A DNA stretch of 64,000 bases from Octopus vulgaris (GCA_951406725.2 OX597814.1:73656001-73720000); one strand, 5' to 3'. Counted from the first letter of the stretch, positions 27,050-41,221 are shown. Program-made: numbers and translations. The notes: a model not told the origin generated them from the letters alone.

Positions 27050-27440
27050 ATCGAAATTGAAAATTGATATTATGATAGATGAAAAAAAAATGTGAAAGAA
27101 TGATAATAAAACAACATCCGATAACGTAATATCTGCTCGATTATCTTAATTTTCAATGAACGAAATCATTGCCTTCTTTTATGTATCGATGAATGCTAAT
27201 GAGTTTTCACCAGCATGCAACGTTTTATTCTGACACATTGCTTATTTTATGTTGTGAAATTTCTTGATTTTGAATTCTTATATTTATGTTTTGTTTACCA
27301 GGTTTTGGAGGACTAAGCTGATCCCCATTCAAATGCAATATATAGTCTGTAGAAAGTGTTCCTCTCTCAACTCTTCTGGGTGTTCAGCACAATCTCAACA
27401 CCACGCAGTGAAACGCTGAGTTACAACAAATTTAGATTAC
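27050..27440 (+). repeat. Direct repeat copy A (~390 bp) of a diverged local duplication
   Basis: Colinear with 28660-29050, e.g. atcgatgaatgctaatgagtttt, ttggaggactaagct, aactcttctgggtgttcag. Confidence 0.9.
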
Positions 27441-28659
27441 CGGTTTTTCGTGTTTTAATTGTAATGGATATGGAATACTTACCAACGCACGAAAGATAAT
27501 TCTGCCTTGTTTTTTTTTTTCAGGGATATATCAATAATGAAGCAATCAGCCAAAAAGCCTAAAGTTACTGATACAACATCAACTTTTCGTTCTCAAATAC
27601 CCAGTATAAGTAGTGGCATTTAGCGTTATATTTTTATGAGTGGATGCGTCCACGAAGCTACAACAGTAATAACAATAACGTTACAAGTGTAGTATGATAA
27701 TGAATTCTTCAGTGGTGCTTCTGTAGCACGTTAGATAATCGAATTCGCTGAGTCACAAATTATCAGAGTATTGTTTATACTAATGAGTTAGTAGTCTTGA
27801 ATACACCCTTATTATTTCTTCTTGACACAGACGTTCCTTTATATACTGCAGCAGCATGCATTGCTGCGTGTATATGAGTCATTCTAAAACTTATGGTTGC
27901 GGGTTCCATCATACTATGAAGATTCTCAGAAAGCTAAAACCTATTTAAACCATAGTCTCAAGGAAACTAAAGCCTTGTGTATGCAATTAACAAGATGGAA
28001 ACGGTGTGTATGGAAGCCCTTCAGACTACTTCTGTTCATGAATGGAATACGTAACCTGATTTTTCAGGATATCCTTTGTCCTTAGTAAACTCCATTTGTC
28101 AAAAGCACTCAGACCAGTGTTCCGAGCTGAAGATAACGTATCCTTTCTCCCCATCAGTCTTAGAGTCTGAGTTAAAATACTCACTATCTTTCGCAGTATA
28201 GACCACTAGAGAGAAAAGAAGCCGGGAAGAGGTTAAGCACTCGGAAATAGGCGGCTGAATTCTAAACCTCCAAGCTTCAAGCACTTACTACATTAGAAAT
28301 AAATTCCAGCTCACATGTATTATGAATTAGAAGAGAAATATTTGTGGAAAGTTAGCTTCAGAAATATATAGCGGTGAGGAAGATGTGGCAAATAACAACA
28401 GGAGGAATGAATGTATATACCTTATTTCTTTATAACTCAATATTTTAAGCATAGCGTTGTGGGTTGCAATTTTCCAACAGACCTGTCACTGCATCATTAT
28501 ATTTTTGGCGTCGAGAGTACAGGGGAATGTCTGTAACACAATGTTAAAACAATAGCTCAAAGGACTTACTTCACAAATGTTAAGAAACATACATATGTAC
28601 GTCCGTGTGCGCGTCTATCTGTGTGTCTGCGCGCGACTGTTTAAATCTGAATGTTTGAT

Positions 28660-29050
28660 ATCAAAGTTGAAAATAAATATTTGATAAAAAAAAGTGAAGG
28701 AAAGAATAACAAAACAAAATCTAATTATGTTCGATTATCATAATTTCCAATGAACGAAATCAAAATGAAACATTGACTTCTTTTATATATCGATGAATGC
28801 TAATGAGTTTTTAACAGCCTGCAACGTTTTATTCAAACACGTTGTTTATCTTATGTTGTGGAGTTTCTTGATTTTGAGCTCTTATTATGTAAGTTTTGGT
28901 CACCAGTTGTTGGAGGACTAAGCTATACCCCAATTCAAATGCAGTCTATGGGCATGAGAAACAATGTTCTCCCCCAAACTCTTCTGGGTGTTCAGTTCAA
29001 CCTAAACACCACACAATAATGATACACTGAGTTACCCAAAATTTAGATCT
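28660..29050 (+). repeat. Direct repeat copy B
   Basis: See copy A. Confidence 0.9.
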
Positions 29051-29174
29051 TCGTATTTAAATCGAAACAGACGAAAGTTTGTGAAGAGTGTTTCGGTTCT
29101 TTCATCGATTAATATATATATCCAAAATATATTTGTAGTATTAAAACATACACGCATGTATGTACGAATGTGTA

Positions 29175-29248
<74 letters not shown>

Positions 29249-29289
29249 TTAATTAAGTGAGCTTATGCGATCCTCTGAACAACATAACA

Positions 29290-30450
29290 GTGGGAATAAA
29301 GTGTTAGAAAGCTATAGAAGGTATAGCCATCGAAACGGCATTTGGCTTATGGGCAATATTTAAGGGCCCCAAGAATCTATAACCATGAGAAGAGAAATAA
29401 GTTTTATCCTCATTGATGACTTCTATTTTAGCTGGGAAGGATCGCAGGATAGTTTAAATGACTTCTTGCATTTCTGTGACTGTTATGCTAAAAAAGATAA
29501 AATCTACGTCTAGGTTTCGAAAACTGGCGTTGAATTTTTGAACACAAAAGATCATTTTTCTGGAGGCAAAATAGCGACAGAGTTATTTTGCAAGCCCACG
29601 TCATCCCACATATACCTCCATCGCTGCTCCGATCATCCACATCATAAATTCGGCCAAATCCGAAATTCCAATTATTTTGGAATGAAAGGATTTGTACTGA
29701 TATAGGGGATTATTGGAAACATGCAAATGCTTTTGACACCATTTGTCAAATGCTGTTACAGTGAATGACGATTAAAGGAAATAGCAAATGACATAGCTAA
29801 GATTAGCAAGATGATTCAAACCTACACGCATAAACAAAGTAAAATATGACAGAATTCCTTTTGTGATTAACTGGCACCAAAATTTTGCTGGCATTTCAAA
29901 AGTGTTACATGAAAGTTACCAGTTGCGGAAAAATACCCTCGTTTCAAACAAATATTCTCTCAACCGCCTATTGTAGCCTTTAGACGGAATAAAAATATGA
30001 GAACTATTAACCTCTACTTAGACTCCAAGAAAAGTAACATTGGAGTTTCTGCACGATGTACCTTGAAAAACAGTCGCAAGAGAAGTAAGCCCTGTTCATT
30101 GTTCAACAACATGAGTCAAGTGAATTCCATCAGGAATTATAACAGAAATGTTATGATTTATACGGAAGGGGAACGTATAGAGATTTCCATTTGGCGTGCG
30201 CAGCAGAATGCACGAAACACAACTTAATTTATGTTGGTTGTACAACAGAACAATTAAACTAAAGATTCCATGTGCAGATATTCCAGGCACAATAACAGTA
30301 GTTCGACAGAACTTGCAAAACATTTTGTTTCAAACGGCTGCAATTTTGAAAAAGATTTGAAAGTACATATTCTCAGAAAATATTCTGAATCTGCTACACT
30401 TTCAGTCCTCAAAATGCATGAGGAGAAATATGTTTGTGAGTTTTGCACAT
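29290..30450 (+). mobile_element. Degenerate Penelope-like element (RT thumb, linker, GIY-YIG)
   Basis: LFCKPTSSHIYLHRCSDHP, PIVAFRRNKN, YVGCTTEQLN, ELAKHF..DLKVHIL..EEKYVC; many lesions. Confidence 0.75.
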
Positions 30451-32010
30451 CAGAAGCCCTGCCAAAACCGCACGACCCAAGACAACAATTCCTCCCATGA
30501 GGAGGACAAAAAGAAAAAGAAAAATACCAAAGAAAGAAAAATGGCACACTGACTACTCCCAAAAGACAATATGCGGATGTAGTGCGCGGTCCAAAAAAGG
30601 ATATTGCATGGCCCAATAATTGGCCAGCTTCACCCAGATGTGAGAAGGGCAGCAGCTGAACAGCAATTATTTTTGTGCATAGCACAAAAAGTTGTCCAGC
30701 AGCTGACCTGGCTACAAACACAAAGCTGGAACTATACCTACCACCACATAAGGCCACCACCTACAGATGCAGGATGGCCACCACAAACATCAACACACAC
30801 GTCACAAAAATATTTCTACTGAACGTAGGAGGGCTGCAGCGCGGCAACTGTAAAAGGAAAATCTCATTCCTGAGGAACCTTGCGGCATGCAATCAAGCTA
30901 TATGCATGGCACTCATAGAAACGCATCTTGGACCTGATATAGGGGATGCAGAAATAAACATACCGCAATATGTTGTCATACGCTCAGATAGAAAAGAGAG
31001 GAGTCATGGTGGAGTTGCAATGTACATCCGAGATGACCTCACGCTCCAGGTCCTGTTGTCATATTGAAACTCAGTGTGTGACACTCAAATCGTACACATA
31101 AGACAACTGAATATCGTCCTATGTACTACATATCTCCCACCGGATGCCCCAAATCGCACAGGCATGTTTGAAGACTGGCTAACAAAAATAGAAGTTCTCG
31201 CCAAACTGGAACAACACAACAGTGTATTCTTCATGGGTGACTTTAACTTCCCCTATGTGGAATGGCCTGGGGGGGGGGCAGATACTCCCAGGGATGGCAC
31301 ACCATCAGCAAGCACAGTCGGAGTCCCTTCTCCACCTCACAAATGTCTCTTTCATGGAGCAAATTGTGCTGCAACCAACCAGGGCAAATAATATACAGGA
31401 TCTCTGCTTCACAAACAATATAGACATTATCGATAATGTTAAAATGATGCCGACATTGGTCTCGGATCACAACATAATAGAGCTGTCTATGTATGGACCA
31501 AAAAACCCGCAGACGCACAGCCTATACGAAGCATCCACAATCTCTCCAAACTAAACTTTCATAAAGCAAAATGGAAGTTGATTGAGAAAGAGATCCTCAA
31601 ACAGGCTTGGCCTAAATGTCTTTCCACACCAGTCATTGACATGAAACACAAACGTTTTATGTCCATAATACAAGCCATATGTGACAAATATGTCCCAGTG
31701 TGCAGGACCAGAACACACAAAAACAGGATCCCTAGGGAAAGGAAGTTTCTTATGAGACGACGGATAAGGATTGCGAACCGCCTGAGCAAGCACACCAAAA
31801 GTGGTGAGAAGTCTCGCCTCGAGAGAATGTTAATGGAAATTGAAAAAAGTCTGCATCAGTCTCATGAAAAGTAGCGAGCAGATAAAGAAGCTTGGGTTAT
31901 AGAAAATATAAAGTCAAACCATAAAGCCTTCTTTAAGTTTGCCAAAGAGACGGCCGCAGCGCGCTAGAGGATAGGACCTCTCTTCCAAAATGATCGTTCC
32001 CTCACAGGAA
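30450..32010 (+). mobile_element. CR1/L2-like LINE internal fragment (ORF1 end and APE endonuclease pseudogene)
   Basis: LNVGGL, LIETHL, RSDR..HGGVAMYI, YLPPD, GDFNFP..W, PTR..N.QDL.FTN, SDHN; stops and frameshifts; no RT domain. Confidence 0.85.
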
Positions 32011-33065
32011 TCAGTCACATGACTGAAACAAGTAAAGTAATAAAAAAACTATGCCATTTTAACCCCTAGCAACGTCGGGTTATAAATAAAATTATTGAAT
32101 AATAAATTAATAAAACCGTTCACCTACTAATATAACAATGTTTTAAGAAAAATATAAACTTTTTCATATTAACCCGTGCAGTAGTTATTGTCAAGTCCCA
32201 GCGAAGCTCTCATTAAAAAAAAAAAACTACAAACAGAGCGTTTCTGCCGTTCCATTTCCATTCATTTCAGTGTCTGTAATGTGCCATTTGGACATTTACT
32301 AACCAAACCAAGTACATCAATGATTATAGGTATAAACAAGTATTTTTAATATGGATAAATTTCGAAGTAGTAATCCAAAATTTGCGTTTTACATTGACTT
32401 TTAAAGAAACTTCAGATCCGCCTGGCAGCTAACACAGACAGTTGTTCATAAATGTTTTTTATCTCCCAGGTAACTTTATCACACTTGTGATAAGAATGTA
32501 CCTGTAATATCGTGATACTAAATCGACAAAAGAATTATTTCTATATTTACACGAAAACTGATAGCCTTATATGTTGTTTCAGCAACAATATCATGACGCT
32601 TTAATGTATATACATATATATATTTGTAGTTTACTGCTCCGTTAAGGAAAGATCGACAAAAAAGTACTTCATCCAATGAGAGATTAATAACTTTTTGCCA
32701 TTGAGACAAGGCAGATTTTTATAACGTGCCTTGTATCTCCATGTAATCCGTAGGCTCTGTGCACGTTTTGAATAATTTTCTATATAAATGCAGGATTGCA
32801 TATACACTTATGTATTATGTGTAGTGTAGTTTAGAAAACTACTTGATATAGGCTAAAAATACAAAATGCACCGAACGTCTACATTTTCGGTCATTGGCCT
32901 GAGATAATATGTTCCTTAATCCGTGTTTATCACTGTCTACGCCGTTCACTAGATGCATACACACATATTCACTGATGAATATATATTATATAATGTTTAT
33001 GGCATTAAGGATTAGACACACACAAACGCGCGCACATAACACATTTAATAAATGCACACACACAT

Positions 33066-33156
<91 letters not shown>

Positions 33157-33357
33157 CGCGAACACGTGTGAAAAATACACATTCTTTAATTGAACTGTAA
33201 ACATTTAGCTATTTTGGTATCGATTTCTCCAAAGAGAAGTTGGTTATTTACATTCGGCATTACCTGCGGATGAAAATTCCAGTGGATTAGATTTGAAATA
33301 CCCTATTGTAGAATACCATCTTTAAATTTTGTTCTTTTTCAAATTTAGTTACATATT

Positions 33358-33576
33358 CAGGGCTTGCCAAAAGTCACCTGACAGTAAATCAAAACCATTT
33401 AATTCCAACATATATTTATGTTTAACAACTGAATGAATTTAATAAAAACATCTAAATATGAAACGTCTTGAAAATTGTTCAAACTGAAGTCCCTCTTGAG
33501 TGACACATTTTTCCAAAATTACAGTTAGTATTTATGTAATTTTGATTTACTGTCGGATGACTTTTGTCCAGCCCTG
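33358..33576. mobile_element. Tc1/mariner-type MITE (~220 bp)
   Basis: ~37-bp TIRs cagggcttgccaaaagtcacctgacagtaaatcaaaa / rc cagggctggacaaaagtcatccgacagtaaatcaaaa; TA at the right end. Confidence 0.85.
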
Positions 33577-33644
33577 TATATATATTTCCAATATAATTCC
33601 ACTATATTTATCTATTTGTTTTAACAAACTCACAATTGAATGTA

Positions 33645-33686
<42 letters not shown>

Positions 33687-34280
33687 GTATATATATATAT
33701 ATGTATATGCACACACACATGTTCCTCCCCTCACACGCGTAAGTATAGGTATGTATGAATGTAAACAGATGGTTATACGATATATACATAGATGAGTACG
33801 GGTGTTTACGAGCAAATACACGCATTAGACTTCTAAAAATATTACTTCATATTTGGAAATATCTGCAATGTTCCGACCGAAAGTTATGATATAATCTCTT
33901 AAAATCTAAGCATAAATTGTTATTTGTATGTCAACTTCTTGGATTTTTTTCAAAATGTTACTATTAATCAGTGTATTGACATTTTCTCGGAAATTTAGAG
34001 CAAGCACTTAACATTTTCCGTACGAAATATTACTACTTTTCAAACAAAGCAAACGCATATTTGCTGCTGTAATGTAATGTGACCAAAGTAGATGATGCTT
34101 TATAAAAATTTCATCCTGAGGCACATGCTATGTAAACTCAGTGAACTCTGCCACAGCGAAATCAGGTTGTACAAGATTTCTACTTTCTTCTGGGTTATTA
34201 ACGATATCAGAGAAACCAATTCTATTTCGACAAAGAAATAAAAATTGATCATGGGTGGCACGTAGCATGTCTAATTTATA

Positions 34281-34338
<58 letters not shown>

Positions 34339-34364
34339 TGTATGTATGTATGTATGTATGTATG

Positions 34365-34408
<44 letters not shown>

Positions 34409-34413
<5 letters not shown>

Positions 34414-36151
34414 CCCATACAAAGCAGGGCTCACCGACAAAGAATATGATTATATGACCAATTTCACAAGTAAAACTAGCCAATTCTACGGTATACCTAA
34501 GATCCACAAAAGTGAAAAAATAAGCAACGCATGCACGATAGCCACAGACAAAATAATTAAAGTCCCTAATCCTAATGACCTCAAATTGAGACCCATAATA
34601 GCAGGTCCCGCATGCGAAACCCACCGCCTCAGTAACTTTTTAGACACCCTGTTAAAACCACTCCTCAAACATGTCAAAAGCTCTATAAGGGACGACTTAG
34701 ATATGCTCAATCACCTACCGAATACTATAAACCAAAACACCATACTGGTATCCTTCGATGTAGTCAACCTCTACTCCAATATCCCCCACAACCTAGGACT
34801 AGAGGCAATCCAATTCTGGCTAGAGAATCACGCCAACGAACTACCACACCGCATCAAAAAAGAATTCGTGATAGAAGGGGTTAAATTCATCCTGGAAAAT
34901 AACTTCTTCGCCTTCAATGACAACTTCTACCGACAAAAATCGGGGACTGCGATGGGTACACGAATGACCCCCTCCTTTGCCAACCTAGTCATAGGATACT
35001 TAGAGATCAGTCTGTATCGTAAGGTTCTAGAAAGATATGGCAGCCCTTTCTCCATCTACATAGAAAACAACTGGAAGAGATATCTAGATGACTGTTTCAT
35101 TCTTTGGCATAAAAATATAGAAAAACTCATAGAATTCCAGGAAATTTTAAACGGGCTGGACGTAAACATCCAATTCACGATGCAATATAGCCAGCAACAA
35201 CTTCCCTTCCTCGATATCCTCATTAAGAAAGCTAATAATATAATAGAAACAGACATATACTATAAGCCTACAGACTCTAAGCAATATCTTCCATTCAATT
35301 CATGCCACCCCAGACACACCAGGATGAATATCCCCTTCAATCTAGCAAAAAGGATATGCACTATAGTCTCTAACGCAAACACCAGAGACACACGACTACA
35401 AGAACTAAAAGATACCCTTATCACCAGGAACTATCCACCTTCACTTATTGACAAGTGCATTCAACGTGCCCTTCAACTTAACATCAAGGAACTGAGACAT
35501 CCCAAATCAAAGAAAAACTTACAACCAAAAGCCTTACCATACATCTCCACACACAACCCTCTCAATAACGAAGCCTTCGGCACCATCCTCCACAACATAC
35601 CCCTCCTAAAAAAAGACCACAGAATGAACACAATCCTCCAAACACACACGATCATAAAAAGCAAAAGACAGCCTAGATCCATGAAAAGTCTCTTAACACA
35701 AGCCCGAATTCACTCTTCAACACAGAAACCGACAGTAAAAAAATGTGGAAGACCCAATTGCGGGATATGCGACTATCTAATCGAGGGTTCTGAGTTCTCC
35801 TTCAAACAGGGACAACGGTTTACAGTGAAAAGCAACTTCACATGTGCTTCGGAGAACCTAATATACTCACTAACCTGCTCCGGGTGTCAAGAGCAGTACA
35901 TAGGCCAAACAAAAAATGGTTTGCGTAAACGAATGGCCCTGCACAGATCCCAGATAAAAATTCCCCAAAACAGAAAAATAACTTTTAGCCAACACATAGA
36001 TACTTGCGCCAACAAAAAAACACCAAACTTCAGAATTTTCCCCCTCTACCAATTTAGGGACGATACAACCTCGAGACAACGAATAAGTAAAGAAAATCTC
36101 TTTATTATAAAATACAGGCCACTTCTTAACGGGTCTACGACAAACAATTAA
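34409..36151 (+). CDS. PLE reverse transcriptase + GIY-YIG endonuclease (5'-truncated, frame open; Neptune-like Cys linker)
   Basis: [69 protein letters not shown]; the track's start at 34310 is microsatellite read-through. Confidence 0.9.
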
Positions 36152-36695
36152 TATACCTCAACTTAAGAATAAAAGAAATATATATACACACACAAATATT
36201 ACATTCCATAGAATCCATTACTAATCGCCCCATCACAGCTATATCTTCACCCATTCATATTCTCCCTTCTCTGTTTTTTTTCTTCTTCTTCCTCTTCTTC
36301 TTCTTCATCATCATCATTATCATCATCATCGTCGTCATCGTCATCACCACCATCATCATCGCCATCTTCTCCTTCTCCTTCTTCTTCTTCATCGTCATCA
36401 TCATCGGCACCGTCATCTTCTTCTTCTACTTCTCCACCTTCTACCCCTTAACCTTGTCACTAATGTCTTTAAGTATAACGCCTACGCAGCGACTGCCGGT
36501 CGCCACTGACCAGCCCAGATTTTCCCACTCCCACCCCCTCAAGAACTCACAACGACCTCGAATACACAAGTGCAAACAAGGGAGTCAGAGAAAGGCAGAA
36601 TGCCACCTATATCTGAACACTACTATGGAAGTATTCCTTTAAAAAAACCTTTCTTCTAACTTTTCTAAATTTTTCTAAATTTAATTATTTAATCG

Positions 36696-36739
36696 TTACA
36701 GTTGAAAAGGTCTCAAAATGACCGAAACCGGTACTGAAA
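36696..36739 (+). ncRNA. Type I hammerhead motif, U3-A8 core variant, in PLE 3' end
   Basis: ttacag TTGAAAA ggtc-tcaaaat-gacc GAAA ccgg TA ctgaaa. Confidence 0.75.
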
Positions 36740-36785
36740 GATTCACTATAAAATCATCTCAGCATTTTCTATTTTTGACTTGTTT

Positions 36786-36826
<41 letters not shown>

Positions 36827-38199
36827 ATATATATATTTTATTAATTTGCCTGTACGGCTGATAATACGCTTGCCACTCGTGATGGTATGTTATTAATACC
36901 ATCCCTCTTATATTTATATGTGTATGTGTGTGCGCGCGCGCGTGTTTGTGTATACATAAATGTCTATGTATATACAACTATATATATATATATATATATA
37001 TGTGTATATCGTTACACAAATAGATGGCTAGAGAGATGGATGGATACATAAATAGATGGTATAATGTATAAACAAACATACGTTTATACACACATGTACA
37101 TAAATACATATATACATATACAGATGAGTATATGCTAATGTGAAGGAGCCACAATCTAGTCGTTTGGCTTGCTTGAAATAACGGTCAAACCTCCCTCAAA
37201 ATACACCCGATCATTTTTACAATGCAAATGACACTTTAGATGATGTAATGCTTGATACACAGTGCCTAAAATAAGCGTTGTGAGGGACATGTTTAAACAC
37301 CCTTGAAGATTGATTTGCACGGTCAAGGATGGGTATTGTTAATGCCTTTTGAAAGGACGTAAACTTCAAACTCGTTAGTGATCTACACACGATCAGAAAT
37401 GAAGTACAATCTCAATAGAAAGCAAACAAGAAATAATTACAGTTTGGACTCTAATCTTCGGCAAATATTTTAAGTCATAGATTTCGCTCTGTAAACAATT
37501 ATCTTGAAGTTTTGAATATCGTAATAAACTTATCTTTTACCTTAAAGATAGTAGAGATAGTCGTGGACCGAACTAAGTGCTTTAAATTTTATAGGCATCC
37601 CACTCTTCACAGATATTCTTTTTTAAAGGCGGTTCCCTATCATGGCCGCAGTCTTTAGCAGAAACCAGTAAAAGTATGCACAAACATGTATGGATGGTTA
37701 TACATATACTCATTGATGTGTACGTGTGTCCACAAACAATTAACCAAAATAGTAACAAGAATTTAATTTTTAAAACCATTGCTTAAAATTTGGAAATTTC
37801 TGATATCTAAGCATAAATTGTTATTTGTATGTCAGCTATTTAATCTCGGTCATCTCAGTCCATAGTTCAAATACTCTGGGTATCGATTTTACCATTCATC
37901 TACACAAGATCGATAAATCATATACAAATTATATAAAGAAGTCAATTTAACAAACTATATTCCCCGCATTCAGAGTTTGCCTTTACATCGCATAAAAACA
38001 AGTCGATATATCAGAAATCTTATAGTCAGCGATCGGCAGATGCTCTGATTGTCTACTTATCTGAGACTTCCAATCGTTTTAGAACTCTGGATCTTACAAC
38101 TACGCCTTTATGTGAAGTCATCTAAAGAAGCCACATAATGCTATTTTTTCCTCAAAATTTTTCTATTTAATTAAGTCTTTTTGTGAAGGCAACTTGCCT

Positions 38200-38450
38200 A
38201 ATGTTAAGGGTGTAGCAATTAAGATCGTGATTTCGACCCCTAATTCAAGCAGTGCATTGTGTTGTTGGATAAAACACTTCATTTCACGTTGCTCAGCTGT
38301 GAATGAATTTCACCAATGTGTGTGTACCACCCGTCAATGTGCTGAATACGAAAAGCAATGAACAAAGTTGACCTTCGTGGAATTTGAACTCAGAACGTAA
38401 AGTCGGACGAAATACCGTTAGCGATACTGTCAGATCGTCGCCTCTGAACA
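38200..38450. mobile_element. Two degenerate SINE heads in opposite orientations
   Basis: atcgtgatttcgacccc..tgtgttgttggataaaacacttcatttcacgttgctc (+) and gaatttgaactcagaacgtaaag (-). Confidence 0.5.
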
Positions 38451-39299
38451 GCTATTTATATTAAACACAAAGTAGCTAATATGTGCATAGCGAATAACTA
38501 CTTACATTTTAACTCACCTCAGCGAGTGATTTAAATGTAAATGTGTTCGACTCACGATCATAATATCTTGGATTCAATTCCTCGGCCGGACGTCGAATTG
38601 TGCTTCTGAGAAAAGCACATAATTTCTCGTCACCTTACTGTGAGATGGAAATAACATGATATTATGCTGATTGGCCAACACTGACATCCTCTCTGCACTA
38701 TCATTTGGAGCATTCGGTGTAAGAACTTGATGCCACTGAAACGGCCAACTGACACAAACATTATTAGGTGGGACCTCCTACAAAAAACTGATGTCGCTCA
38801 GATAGTTTAAGCAAGCACGTGACCTAAAACGAGGCCTAAAACTTACAAATTCTCTTCACCCTGACTCAGAATATCCGATACTGTGTATGAGGTATATGCT
38901 CTGAAAATTTTATGCAATGTAAAGTTGAGTGAACCTGTTATTAAATATACACACATGCACATACGCACAGACACACACGCGCGCACACACGCATACATAT
39001 ACACGCAGATACTTACACACGCACCAAATATATATACATGTTTATATGTATGTATATGTATATCTATATATGTTTGTATGTGTATATCTGTGTCTATCTG
39101 TATATATGTATATACATTCGCACATATATACTTACATATAACCTACATTTAGATGATGGTATTTTAAGTAAATTTGGAATTCTTTCAAACTTGCAGTTGA
39201 GTTGCAGATTAGAATTTATATGATCAATACCAAGTAGTGCTAATACAGGAGTCTGTCTGTTTAAGTTTTTCAGGTGCGAGATAGACAGGCCAAAAAAGA

Positions 39300-41184
39300 A
39301 CTCTAGAGGGGCAAAAATTTATTCATTGACCTCACATTCACCACAAATAAATTTGTCCTATGTTATTAACTAAATTAAACATTTCTAGTTGGAAATTACA
39401 AAAATATATATATAATTTTGACTTAGTGGAGGTGGTCTAAAATGTGTACCACCGAACAATAGGTAGATCTTTATTTGTGATATTCTTGGAAACATTGCTT
39501 CTTTTTATCAAGACAGAGAGAAACTTCGAAAATAGAACATTTCTACTCTGTTCTGATTTGTCGAGCTTTTGAACTGCACAAAATACATCTTCTAGTTCCT
39601 CTTATTTGTTGATGAACTGACTCTCTCTTTCTAATGTCCAATGAAACATGAGGCTTTCGCCTTTTAATTTCTATTGAAGGCCCTTTAGTCTTTCTTTTTA
39701 GCACAATAGATTCTGCTGCAAAGCCATCAACAACTACCAATCTGAATTTTTTCAGTGTCATATTGCTGTCCTGTACTTTCTTATAAAGTATAAAAGCATT
39801 TACAATTGCTGCATCAAGAAAGTAATAAATATTCTGTGCCACTATTTGTGACTTTTACGGTCTATTTCATAGGTTTTCTTTAGCTGGCCAAATTTATCAA
39901 CACAATTCATATTTAGATTGCAATCCTTTATCATAAGTGAACAGTTTATTTGGAGGTTGCTTCCATCCTTTCTCCGCCTTGAAACTTGGCAAATTTCAGT
40001 AGGATCATGAAAACTTGAAGTAGCCTACACCACTCTCTTATCTTTCCATTTCACTGCAGAGATTCCATCACCAGAAATAAACCAGTCATGTTCACCTCTT
40101 TCCAAGTCTTCACCATTCTTATAAGATTGAGGAAATTTCGCCCTTTTCTTATTTACAGTGCCACATGCAAATAATTGACCTCCTTTCAAATCATTAACTA
40201 GGTCATAGCTAGTAAAATAGTTGTCCAAAAATCTTTGTTTTCCTCCCTTTAGTTGACTTGTTAGCTTTTTAACTACATTCCCTCCTAAGTCTCTTGTAAC
40301 TTTACCAGTATTTTTACCTGTATAAATTTCACCATCAATGAAATACCCTGACTTATCTGCCGGTGCCCAAATTTTGCAACCCCTACTTATTGGTTTGACT
40401 TATTGCTTTAGACTATTCCTACCCTTAAATTTTACCATTGATTCCACCACTACAACTGTATCACCTGCACAATAGCATTTTAAAAAGTTATTTATGATCA
40501 TTTCAAGGTATGGTTTGACTTTGTACAATTTATCTAAGTCAGGGGAGCCCCTTTCTGGCATAAGAGAATTGTCATTCAAATGAACATGTGATAATAACCA
40601 AAGGATCATTTAGCTTTGGATCTGTGCTCCAATAATCCCTATAACTGGACAAACGCTTAACTTCCATCATCAAATTAATTGCCAAAAATTTTCTATTTCT
40701 TTGGCAGTGATAGGAACCAAATTTTTGCCTGATTAAACAGCGTACAAAGTATGAAAAACAATATGCTCTATTATGTTATCAGTGGACAACTTGCGGAATA
40801 TTGCATAAGTTATAGGCTCTTGCATATCCTAGATATCTTTTGCTACACCACTTGGATTGGTAAAAATAATTGTTGGTTGTACAACATTTACCTTAACCCA
40901 TTTTGGATTTTTATTACCTGCAAAGGAGGCTAATAGAACATCATCTGAATCAAATTCTGATAAATCATCAAACTCTATATTTGCTGTTTCTTCTTCCTAA
41001 AGCTTCATCTGAGTCATCAGCATCACGAGTTGATTCATTATCTGAAGGAGTATCTTCATACAAAATTTCCTCAGTTTCTTTTTGAGATAATGGATTTCGG
41101 TGACGAGATATTATGTAAGAGTAAAATCAGCAAATATTACTACTTGTCACTTCACAATTTTATAAGGAATTTATAAATTAAAAA

Positions 41185-41221
<37 letters not shown>

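Larger units (their letters stand above)
34409..36790 (+). mobile_element. 5'-truncated Penelope-like retroelement inserted in (TA)n
   Basis: RT+GIY-YIG frame, 3' UTR with TCT/CAT low-complexity tract, hammerhead motif; (TA)n on both sides. Confidence 0.92.

Noticed and set aside
28099-28284. Minus ORF containing KGYVIF, an RNP1-like hexamer
   Set aside because: Too short, with no other RRM features or supportable splice structure.
34310-34408. N-terminal 33 aa of the 613-aa ORF
   Set aside because: The ATG and MYVC/YI repeats come from flanking SSR; the PLE starts at ~34409.
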